A stretch of DNA of 64,000 nucleotides from Octopus sinensis (lineage: Eukaryota): positions 130,448,001 to 130,512,000 of the forward strand of contig NC_042997.1 of the NCBI RefSeq assembly GCF_006345805.1, written 5' to 3'. Below the pieces are notes generated by a model. It did not search any database. It saw only the letters and a program-made list of their open reading frames with translations, and had not been told where the DNA came from. Positions 28,288 through 39,188 of this stretch are shown in pieces. Every line of letters begins with the position of its first letter. Within the stretch, counting starts at the first letter, position 1. A program made the position numbers and the translations under genes.

Positions 28288-28325
28288 TCTTTCTGTCGAA
28301 GAGCGTAGGCTCGAAACGTAAAAGA
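28288..28325 (+). ncRNA. Minimal type-I hammerhead-like motif with variant core (CUGUCGAA)
   Basis: Stem I ucuuu/aaaga, stem II gagc-guag-gcuc, GAAAC, palindromic ACGU, GUA cleavage triplet; lies in an element spanning about 28201-28420. Confidence 0.55.
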
Positions 28326-28422
28326 CTTGTTCTATTTCTATTCCTGAGCGCCATACTAATACATTTGCTTGTTTGTACTCCACCTGCCTTCGTCTTTTGC
28401 TTATTTTCGTAAACCTTCCCAT

Positions 28423-28460
<38 letters not shown>

Positions 28461-28486
28461 ATATATATATGTACGTATGTATGTAC

Positions 28487-28517
<31 letters not shown>

Positions 28518-28549
28518 TGTATGTATGTATGTATAAATATATATGTATG

Positions 28550-28583
<34 letters not shown>

Positions 28584-29878
28584 TATTTATATCATCATCA
28601 ACGTTTAATGTCAGCTTTCCAGCTTCCCATGGTGGTATGAGTTGGATGGTTTGACATGAAGCTGGCTAGCAGGAAGCTATCCAGACTCCAACTGTCTGTT
28701 GAGGCATGAACTCTATGGCTGGATGCCCTTTCTAATGCCAACCACTTAATAGAGTGTGTTGTGTGCACATTACATGCCACCAGCATGGGTGTAATTATGC
28801 AGCATCAGCACAGGTGTTTTTTAAGTGGTACTGACACCTGAGAGGTACTAATACCTGTATGTGTGGAAGACAGCAATTTTACTTAGCTTGGTATGTCTTA
28901 CATATGTACTAATTAGTTTGGAAACTTACTGGGTGTGTGTGCATGCCTGTGTGGTTAAGAAGTTTACAGCATACCAACTACATTGTTCCAGGTTCATTCC
29001 CATTGCACAGCACCTTGGACAAATGTGTTCTACCATAAAATTTGGGTTACCAATTCTTTGTTAGTAATCTTTAGTAGATAGAAATCACATGTGTGACTGC
29101 GTGTGGCTGTGTAAACAATAATTCATGCAATACTGATGTGAAACTCCTTCCCCACAAAAATAAAAAAACAAAAAACCCAGCAGCACATGGAAGAAAAATA
29201 CCTTGTGGTATTTGTTTTTCTGTGTTGCAGATACTCACCTGCTAATCTTGTCATTGGAAATGCAGTGATTGGTCCTTTGGAAACCTAAAGTCAACAACGC
29301 CGTTATTCACAAAGTGCTTTACCCTAGATATCCCAAACTGTTCTAGATTTTTTTCTTTTTGTATTCTTTTGAACTTCTGTTATGACACAAAATATACATT
29401 GTTCTCTTAAGTAAATCAATTTCCATATTAGAAATATAAATAGTACAACATTACTAAAGATATTTATCATAAGATGTGATTTCAGTAAAAATACAGGCTT
29501 TGCATCTACATTCAATAAATCTATTTCACAAATAGAAGGGATTACTAATAGATGTTTGAACTAAAACCATATCTGTGTCTCTTTTTGTTCTGTTTTATGT
29601 CATTTGCCTCATTTGCACTGTTGAATTACATCACATAATTTCTATAACACAATCTGTACCAATTTGTAACCATTTTTACAATTATTTTCAAATGTTACAT
29701 TTGACATTTCATACCAGTCAACATTTGATGACTTTAAAAGGTCAGAAAATTAGATTTAATATTCAATAATTCTATAATACATTTACACTTTTTTACTATA
29801 AGCACTAACCTAACCAAAGGCTTGCGAGTGGATTTGGTAGATGGAAACTGAAAGAAGCCCATGGTGTGCATGTGTGTA

Positions 29879-29916
<38 letters not shown>

Positions 29917-29979
29917 CAAATAGAAAGATAGATAGGTAGATAGCTAGACAGATAGATAGATAGATGGATAGATAGATAA

Positions 29980-30021
<42 letters not shown>

Positions 30022-30030
30022 TGATAGATT

Positions 30031-30105
<75 letters not shown>

Positions 30106-30202
30106 GAATAAAGTTAAACCTAAGCAGTGTCCTCTTGAAGCACATCTGCTTATTTCACTATTCAAAATTTGTAAGTAGATGCTATATTTGTGTGAAGTAT
30201 AA

Positions 30203-30423
30203 CTCTTTTACTCTTTTACTTATTTCAGTCATTTGACTGTGGCCATGCTGGAGCACTGCCTTTAGTGGAGCAAATCAACCCCGGGACTTATTCTTTGTAA
30301 GCCTAGTACTTATTCTATCAATCTCTTTTGCCGAACTGCTAAGTTACGAGGACGTAAACACATCAGCGTCGATTATCAAGTGATGTTGGGGGGACAAACA
30401 CAGACACACAAACATATACACAA

Positions 30424-30501
<78 letters not shown>

Positions 30502-30646
30502 TTCGACGGGCTTCTTTCAGTTTCCATCTACCAAATCCACTCACAAGGCTATAGTAGAAGACACTTGACCAAGGTGCCACACAGTGGGACTGAACCCAGA
30601 CCCATGTGGTTGGTAAGCAAGCTACTTACCACACAGCCACTCCTAC
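30203..30646 (-). mobile_element. SINE family A
   Basis: Reverse-complement tail, microsatellite and head. Confidence 0.8.
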
Positions 30647-31143
30647 ATATTTATAAGAGTTGTAAATATTGCAAAATATTTTCTGTAGAGTGATAATATC
30701 AAAATAGGAGATTGGAAAATTTTGGAGTATTATTTATTCACCATTACATGTGTTTCATTTGGTAATAGGAATTACAAAATTGTACTTGTAGGAGAAATCA
30801 TTATCTCTTATTAAAAATTCTTCGGACAGAGAATCAAATGAGCACAGTGATGTCTCGATATATGAGTTAATTTATTTTTGGAGACCACTCGTAAAGCAGA
30901 GCAATAATTTCCCATAGTAGCAATGTTATAAATCATAATTCCTTCCCAGAAAAATATTTTATCTGTAAAATTTATAATACTTGTAAATAAATAGCAATAA
31001 AACAACAGTAGAATGAATCAATCCCAGTTTAATATATATTTTTAAACTGCTTTAAGATATTGTATTACATTTTGGCGACCCCAAAATTATTCTATATGTA
31101 TATTATGTATATTATATCTATATATATCATCATCATCAGCAGC

Positions 31144-31179
<36 letters not shown>

Positions 31180-31390
31180 ATATGTATATGTGTATATATA
31201 TATATATATATAAATAATAAATATTAGGGAATAAATCCAAATTTACAGGGAAAAAAATCAGATTTAGGATTAAATCGATTTTATAGTAAAATATTATAAA
31301 ATATTATTCGAGACAAAACCACTATTTTGCAAAACAAACAAGGAAAGACTTAATCAATACATAAATTTTAATAAATAGTCAAAAAAACCG

Positions 31391-31433
31391 CCACTACAAT
31401 CGTTTCTTGTCTTGATCAACAATCTTCAGGTGG
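31391..31433 (-). ncRNA. Minimal type-I hammerhead ribozyme motif (minus-strand copy)
   Basis: ccac CUGAAGA uuguu-gaucaa-gacaa GAAAC gauu GUA gugg. Confidence 0.7.
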
Positions 31434-31462
31434 ACTTCCAATAATTCAGTGTCAATGGAAGT

Positions 31463-31505
31463 CCACCTGAAGATTGTCGATCAAGACAAGAAACGATTGT
31501 AGTGG
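31463..31505 (+). ncRNA. Minimal type-I hammerhead ribozyme motif (plus-strand copy; predicted cut after 31501)
   Basis: Stem I ccac/gugg, canonical CUGAAGA, 5-bp stem II uuguc/gacaa, GAAA, short stem III AC/GU with near-palindromic ACGAUUGU, GUA triplet. Confidence 0.75.
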
Positions 31506-31758
31506 CGGTTTTTTTGACTATTTATTAAAATTTATGTATTGATTAAGTCTTTCCTTGTTTGTTTTGCAAAATAGTGGTTTTGTCTCGAATAATATTTTAT
31601 ATATATATATATATAATCAAAATAAGCAACAAGGATATCCTTGTTGCTTATTTTGATTATAATCACCTTATTTTAAATTGTATAGATAATACCATACTAA
31701 ATTCTAGTGCCTCAACTTAAGTACCATATTCATCTGAATCTAAATTTACATATATCTC

Positions 31759-32157
31759 TCTATATATATATAAAGCTGACGTTGTCTGTGTATGGCAGGT
31801 TTGGTAGCCTCCAACTAACACTATCTCCTCCGAGACCCTATGGCGCAAGTTGACCAAAATTGAGATTGTGATAGAATAAGGCTTGCTCTTCCTTCTGTAG
31901 AAGATAAAATTCAAATTGGACCATGTTAACACCAAAAATTATTTACATCAAAAAGGTGCTTTTTTTTCTATGAAAATCCCTATGTTTTACGATTTTTTGA
32001 CTGCTGTGTCGTCATTTTTCGGTGCATCTCAACCAGAAAAATGTTCTCTTAAAGAGAATAACAAGGTACATAATGCAAAATTTTTACTTTTCAAAAATTC
32101 CAATTCTAAAGGGTCGAAAAGAAAACAAGCTCGAGCAATGCTGGGCTATACTGCTAG
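31759..32157 (+). mobile_element. Non-autonomous Helitron-type element
   Basis: 5' tctatatatatataaagctg...; 3' hairpin (gctcgagcaatgctggg) then CTAG|T; a second copy lies at 42881-43271. Confidence 0.75.
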
Positions 32158-32242
32158 TATATATATATAGCCAATAGAAAGCATTATTTTTGATTTTGTA
32201 GTCAATTTATTAATTATATTCTTTTCCTTTTGAACTCTTTAG

Positions 32243-33010
32243 GTTTGCAAAACCAAGTTACACATGTTAAAATGACAAGAATGCCTTCAAATAACTTAAA
32301 CAAGCATCTATTTTTATATATTACATTATGTATAACTGTTGTCTGTGTTCAATGTCGGGAAACTGCAGATGAAGACATCGTTAAGAAAGGACGTGATGTC
32401 ATCAATAATTTATACCAACGTTTCCCGGGAAAAGAAGTTGACCTTGTCTTTATACTTGACCGATCAGCCAGTATTCCACCCCAAGGTTGGAGTTCTATGA
32501 TAACATTTATCCGTTCCATTCTTGAACATTTCTCAGTGACTGGAGAACATACAAGAGTTGCTGTTATAACGTATGGTTCCCATGTTAGTTTGGAAATTAA
32601 TGATTTAAATGAGAAACACACTACAAAATGTTCTTTAATGAAACAAATAAAACAAAGACTAGAAAAGAAAGTAATGGCAGGTTATACTGCCACCTATGAT
32701 GCTTTGAAAAGAGCACAAAGTATTCTTTTAAACTCAAGGCGAAATGCCAAAAAGGCTGTTTTTGTCTTAACTGATGGAAAATCAAATGTTGGCCCAAATC
32801 CTGTGCGGGCTTCACTGGAAATCCGTGCCCTTCGTTGGAATAGCAAGTGGAATTCTACAGCCCATGGTCCTCAAGTTGAAATTTATGCATTTGGCATCAA
32901 AGATGCTAACTTACCCGAGTTGGAATACATTGCTTCACAACTGAAGAACCATACATTCTTCATTCCTGATTTTTCGACCTTCTCACTTCTTGCCAGACAG
33001 CTTCATAACG
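32243..33010 (+). CDS. SVEP1: SVEP1/polydom-like gene, first coding exon: signal peptide + VWA domain (ATG at 32272)
   Basis: Acceptor tttag| at 32242, donor |gtaag at 33011. MTRMPSNNLNKHLFLYITLCITVVCVQC is signal-peptide-like. VWA with MIDAS residues: DLVFILDRSAS, TATYDAL, FVLTDG. The symbol comes from domain order matching SVEP1; orthology is untested. Confidence 0.9.
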
Positions 33011-33675
33011 GTAAGTACATTTATATATATAAGTGTATATTCACTAATATTCTGGCTCTCCCTCTCTCTCCACTTCTCACTGCTCTCTCTCTTTCTCTTT
33101 ATTTCCATTCTCCTCATCCTTTTCTCATTCTTTCTTTCTCTCTCTTTTTTGTCGTTACTACATTACTCTACTCTAGTTATTATCACTATGATGAGCTGAC
33201 AAACTGTTTACTTCATGGTTATTTTGCCTCTCTTCCTTTTATTATCCCTACTCTGTCACAGTTCCCAAACCAATCCTAAAACACTTCACAGAAATCTCTT
33301 ATTTTCAGATCTGTAAGTCTGTGTTCTCCCTTCAGATCTCAACCTGCAGAAACTTAAAATAAACATCAATTACATTCATCTGATCCATATGAAAGGGTCT
33401 TCCACCACTTATTCTTTATTGGAAATTTAAACAGAAAAAAAATTATTCTTATTCCTTTAAATTACAGAAATACTTTAATCAAATTTTACTGTTTTTGCTG
33501 TTTGTATCCTGGTTTTGGAATAGACACAATCATGTGTCTAAAGAGTTAGGGACAAGAAAGGCATATAGTTGTACAACAATGCCACAGAAAATTTGTCCTG
33601 TGCGTGTTAGCATGGAAAGGCAAATATAAAATGAGGATGAGTATGAAAATATGAAATTAAATTTTATCATTTCAG

Positions 33676-33825
33676 GCAGTCAGAAAGAAATCTGGGAAGT
33701 TGCAAACAGGAATTTCTGTAATGAAAAATGTTCTAAGAATGCTGTGTGTTCATGTGGAACAAGGGTTGGTCAATACCAGTGCATCTGTAATGCTGGATAT
33801 GAAGGTGATGGTATCACATGTAAAT
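33676..33825 (+). CDS. SVEP1: SVEP1-like exon: EGF-like domain
   Basis: ttcag|...|gtaag, 150 nt, phase 1-1, in frame with the previous exon; CNEKCSKNAVCSCGTRVGQYQCICNAGYEGDGITCK. Confidence 0.9.
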
Positions 33826-34883
33826 GTAAGTATTTTATCATATACTGAATATTTTAATTTCTTACCATTATATTTTGTATTCTTCAATCCTTACTATGGT
33901 ATTGATCAATGTGGGCGTCACATCACAATCATACTATTTCCATTGTTTGTTCTCTCCTAGTTACAAAGTTTATAACTGTCTTTATTGATAACCAAAATGC
34001 CCAAGAGAACTTCTACGCAGTTACTCACTGCACTCAAAATTGCAGTAAAGCCTCCTTTGACTCACACCTTATCATCTTAGAGAAATATGATGTGACTACA
34101 TAATTGAGAAGCCTGCTTCAAGGCTATGTTTGTTTTAGATTCATTCTTATTGTATGCCCTAAGGCAAGTATCATCTGCTAAGGATTTAGGTTGACCAATG
34201 CTATGTGAATGAAATTCAGGAAATGGAAACAATGGATGTTGTGTGGAGCCCCTATTCCTGTTGTTGGTGGTACACATAAACTGTTACCCTGTTTAACACA
34301 CCATCAGGCCCTTGGGTACCTTTAGTGAAGTTTTTTTTGTTGTTGTAAGCTTTGGAGCTAAATCTCCAATCTGAAAATACTTTTTCTCTGGTTTTACAGA
34401 CACTTCAAAAGGTCATTGGCACTGTTTTTCTTCTTTAGGTTGAAGTCACATGATATTAAAAAAAAAAGAAAAAGAATTACAGTAAACATTGGAAGTTCTG
34501 AAGTACAAAAGGATGTGATAGCCATAGCTCGAATGTTTTTGGTCATGAAACTGTTTCACCAGGAGTGACCTGTGGCTAAATAATAAGAAATAGAACTACA
34601 TAGGTGTTTGTGCATGAGTGTGTGTGCATGTGCATATGTGAATCAGTACACATGAGTGAATTTGTGTGTGCGTGGGGTGTGTGCATGAGCATGTGAATAT
34701 AAGTACATATGTGTGGGCAAAAAAGCATCAATTTGATGAGTCAGTGAGTTACTGATGTCATAGTTGCATATATAACATCCTGTTATTTTCCCTTTAAAGA
34801 CAATACTGTATTTGTTGAATGATATTTGACCATTACCATATTGGTCAGGTCATACAATCAAAAGTGCTTTTCTTATTAGCTAA

Positions 34884-35100
34884 TCATCATCATCATCATC
34901 GTTTAACGTCTGTTTTCCATGCTAGCATGGGTTGGACTGTTTGACCGGGGTCTCGGAAGCCAGGAGGCTGCATCAGGCTCCAGTCTGATCTGGCAGTGTT
35001 TCTACAGCTGGATGCCCTTCCTAATGCCAACCACTCCGTGAGTGTAGTGGGTGCTTTTTACGTGTCACTGACACGGACGCCAGTCAGGTGGCGCTGGCAT
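34884..35100 (-). mobile_element. RTE 3' end fragment
   Basis: (CAT)n-cgtttaacgtc... RTE 3'UTR; similar fragments at about 28583, 36270, 61437 and 63060. Confidence 0.75.
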
Positions 35101-35653
35101 CAGTTATAGGAAATTATTATCTACAGTTCTTCCTGTTAATGAGTGGCCCCACTCATTTAGCTTCTATATGTTCACACACTTTACCATCCTTTAACTGTTG
35201 AAGTAAATCTGTCTCAATCCATTAGATTGGAGTTTATCCCACTTTCTAAGGCATTTAAACAACTGAGAATATTAGGGCTTTCCTCTGAACAAGAGCCTTG
35301 TCTGTTGCTGCTTTGACTCATAGCTGTAGCTGGTACTCGTTTTAAGTGAATTGAAACAATGTGATATGAAGGGCCTTACTCAAGTAATTAACAAACCTCT
35401 TGATCTAAGGATCAAATTCACCACCTGATCTCTTGGTAATTGCATGACCTCGCCTCCAATATCTAAAGCCCTACACCATACCTTCATTTTACTCTTGAAA
35501 CCTGATATTAAATTATATAAATGGTAATAACTACAGTTCTAGAGAGGAATGTTTGAGGGAAGTGTTTAGTAGGAGTGGTGTAGGAGTGGCTCCTATTTTG
35601 ATATCATCACTCTACAGAAGATATTTTGCAATATTTACAACTCTTATAAATAC

Positions 35654-36020
35654 GTAGGAGTGGTTGTGTGGTAAGTAGCTTGCTTACAAACTACATGGTT
35701 CCAGTTTCAGTCCCACTGCGTGGCACCTTGGGCAAATGTCTTCTACTATAGCCTCAGGCCAACCAAAGCCTTGTGAGTGGATTTGGTAGATGGAAACTGA
35801 AACCCGTTGTATATATGTATATATATATGTTTGTGTGTCTGTGTTTGTCCCCCCAACATTGCTTGACAACCGTCCCCGTAACTTAGCAGTTTGGCAAAAG
35901 AGACCGATAGAATAAGTACTAGGCTTACAAAGAATAAGTCCTGGGGTCGAATCGTTCGTCTAAAGGCAGTGCTCCAGCATGGCCACAGTCAAAATGACTG
36001 AAACAAGTAAAAGTGTAACG
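35654..36020 (+). mobile_element. SINE family A
   Basis: Head, body and tail. Confidence 0.8.
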
Positions 36021-36538
36021 AGAGAGTAAAGAGTACATGATTTTAGAGTTGAGAGAAATTAGAGACAGCAGGAAGAAGAGTAGTGAGTGCATTAGGTGTT
36101 CCTTGGTAGAAATGGGGGTCACAGTATCAAGCACATTTGCTGGAGCCCACACATTATGAGGTAGTTATTGGTGCATAAATATTTGATAAACATTCAAAGA
36201 GACACTTTTCTTTTTTGGATGTCCGTGTATATAGCTGAGCTATATTTCACATAAAGTTATGCCTTATGTAATCATCATCATCATCATCATCATTTAACGT
36301 CTGTTTTCCATGCTGGCATGGGTTGGACGATTTGACTGGGCTGGCACACTGGAAGACTGTGCCAGGATCCAGTCTGATTTAGCATGGTTTTCTATGGCTG
36401 GATGCCTTTCCTAACACCAACTACCCGAAGAGTGTAGTGGGTGCTTTTACATGCCACTGGCACAACAACGATTTGCTCAGCTTGATGGGTCTTCTTCTCA
36501 AGCATGACATAATGCCAAAGGTCTTCGTCATTGCCTTT

Positions 36539-36790
36539 GTGAGGCCCAACACTCAAAAGAAGCTTGACCACTTTGCTTTCATGAGGCGCCAACACTTGAA
36601 AGGAGCTCAGCCACCTTGCTCAGTGAGGCCTGCTCAAAAGGAATTCAGCCATCTCACCTCTGTGAGGCCCAACACTCAAAAGGAACTCAGCCACTTTGAT
36701 TCCATCAGGCCCAACACTCAAAAGGAACTCAGCCACGTGCTTCTGTGATGCCCATACTTGAAAGGAGCTCGGTCACTTTGCCTCCCCAAG
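36539..36790. repeat. Minisatellite of about six 40-43-nt units derived from an RTE end
   Basis: Repeated gtgaggcccaacactcaaaaggaactcagccac. Confidence 0.75.
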
Positions 36791-37428
36791 GCCCATTGAT
36801 TTCAAATTTTGGTGCAAGGCCAGCAATTTTGGGAGAGGTGGTATGTTGATTACATCGACCCCATTGCTCAACTGGTACTTACTTTATCAACTCTGAAAGG
36901 ATGAAAGGCAGAGTTGATCTTGGTGGTGTTTGAACTTAGAATGTATGGATGGACATAAATGCTGCAAAGCATTTTCTCCAGTGTGCCAACAATTCTGCCA
37001 GTTTGCTGTCTTTATGTCTTATGTAATTCTGATTTCAAATTTTGGCACAAGGCCAGCAATTTTGGAGGCTGATAAAATAACTGCTACTTATTTTATTGAC
37101 CCTGAAAAGATAAAAGCAAAGTTGACCTTGAACTTAGAATGTAAAGATGGACGAAATGCTGCTAAGCATTTTGTCTGATATCTTAACAATTCAGCCAGCT
37201 TACAAACCTGATGCCTTATGCAATATTAGTAACTATTTTACATTAAAAAATTATCTAGCCCGAAAGAGGAAGCCTGACTATGTTATTAACGAGTAAAAGG
37301 AGTTTATGTATGTATATACTTTCAAATTTATTTTTGCCATGAATTAATTATAATTGCTTCAGTTGTAATTATAATTAATCTCCAAAGACAAATAATTCCC
37401 ATTATTGATATTCCCGTTTGTTTTGCAG

Positions 37429-37584
37429 TGTGTCAAAAAGGTTACTTCAAAAGATCATTAAGTCCTGGAAAATGTCAACCATGTCCTCACAATTCCACTA
37501 CCTTCAAGGAAGGAGCTGAAATTATTACAGAATGCATTTGTCATCCAGCTTACTACAGAGAAAGTCCAAGTGATATCTGCAGAT
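37429..37584 (+). CDS. SVEP1: SVEP1-like exon: Cys-rich ephrin-receptor-like/TNFR-like repeat
   Basis: ttgcag|...|gtaag, 156 nt, phase 1-1; CQKGYFKRSLSPGKCQPCPHNSTTFKEGAEIITECICHPAYYR. Confidence 0.9.
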
Positions 37585-37714
37585 GTAAGTTCTTATGTAT
37601 CACACTTCTGTCTTTTGATGTAAAACCAAATACACAAAACCATTTTTACATTCATCGTGATTTTCTGTCGAAAGAAAATATGTTCTAAATGTTGGTATTA
37701 TTTTCTGATTTCAG

Positions 37715-37933
37715 TACATTATTGTGAGAAACTGAAAGATATCAAGCATGGCTACAGTTTTCATGTTGAGGGAGCCATAAAAGATGAAGTACCAAACACA
37801 AATATTTCTTGTAAAAACACGCCTAAAGATTCCTGCCATTATCAGTGTGATGTTGGTTACAGACTAGATTCTAATCCAGTGTTAATATGTGAACCCAATG
37901 GAACTTGGTTCGGTACCGTTCCAAAATGTAGAG
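37715..37933 (+). CDS. SVEP1: SVEP1-like exon: CCP/sushi 1
   Basis: ttcag|...|gtagg, 219 nt, phase 1-1; C...CHYQCDVGYRL...ICEPNGTWFGTVPKC. Confidence 0.88.
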
Positions 37934-37946
37934 GTAGGTGCAGATA

Positions 37947-38182
37947 TTTGTTACTCTTACTCTTTTTACTCTTTTATTTGTTTCAGTATTTGACTGTGGC
38001 CATGCTGGAGCACCGCCTTTAGTCGAGCAAATCGACCCCAGGACTTATTCTTTTGTAAGCCTGTACTTATTCTATCAGTCTCTTTTGCCAATCTGCTAAG
38101 TTACGGGGAAGTAAACACACCAATATCGGTTGTCAAGCGATGTTGGGAAGACAAACACAGACACACAAGCACACACATACAC

Positions 38183-38243
<61 letters not shown>

Positions 38244-38412
38244 CATATACAATGGGCTTCTTTCAGTTTCCGTCTACCAAATCCACTCACAAGGCTTTGG
38301 TCGGCCCGAGGCTATAGTAGAAGACACTTGCCCAAGGTGCCATGCAGTGGGACTGAACCCGGAACCATGTGGTTGGTAAGCAAGCTACTTACCACACAGC
38401 TACTCCTGTGCC
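37947..38412 (-). mobile_element. SINE family A starting about 13 nt after the sushi-1 exon donor
   Basis: Reverse-complement tail, microsatellite and head. Confidence 0.85.
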
Positions 38413-38769
38413 TATTGTCTGCTTACAACTCTGAATTGTCATTCTATCTCTTATATGATCTGACTTTGATGGATTTTCATGGTGTGTGTAACTGTATATG
38501 TGTGTAGATACAGATATAGCCATGTTGTTAAGGAGATTGCTCTTTAAGCTTGCAGTTCTTGGGTTGATCCCATTGCATGACACTTTGGGTAAGTGTATTA
38601 TGCAAATCTATTGTAACCTTGTGAATGAAATTTGGTGGAAATTTAGTTGGCAGAAAGCCAATTTTGTCATTATTTAAAGTCTGTTTTTCTTGCTGGCAAT
38701 AAGAAATTAAATAACTGACAAGGGAACAAGAAATTATGTAATGAAGTTCAATAGCTTAAAACTGTTTCT

Positions 38770-39188
38770 TATTTCTTTATTGCCCACAAGGGGCTAAACA
38801 CAGAGGGGACAAACAAGGACAGACAAAGCAATTAAGTCGATTACATGGACCCCAGTGTGTAACTGCTACTTAATTTATTGACCCCAAAAGGATGAAAGGC
38901 AAAGTTGACCTCAGCGGAATTTGAACTCAGAACGTAATGGCAGACGAAATACCTATTTCTTTACTACCCACAAGGGGCTAAACATAGAGGGGACAAACAA
39001 GGACAGACAAAGCGATTAAGTCAATTACATCGACCTCCAGTGTGTAACTGGTATTTAATTTATCGACCCTCAAAACGATGAAAGGCAAAGTTGACCTCGG
39101 CAGAATTTGAACTCAGAACATAACGGCAGACGATATACCGCTAAGCATTTTGCCCAGCTTGCTAACCTTTCTGCCAGCTTGCTACCTT
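38770..39188 (-). mobile_element. SINE family C dimer with a 20-bp TSD
   Basis: AATAGCTTAAAACTGTTTCT at 38750-38769 and 39189-39208 encloses a full unit plus a headless second unit; conserved central gcctttcatccttttggggtcgataaattaagtaccag. Confidence 0.85.

Noticed and set aside
33011-33279. C-terminal hydrophobic tail of the 349-aa ORF, which suggests a membrane anchor
   Set aside because: Read-through past the GTAAG donor at 33011 into a CT-rich intron; the true frame continues in the 33676 exon
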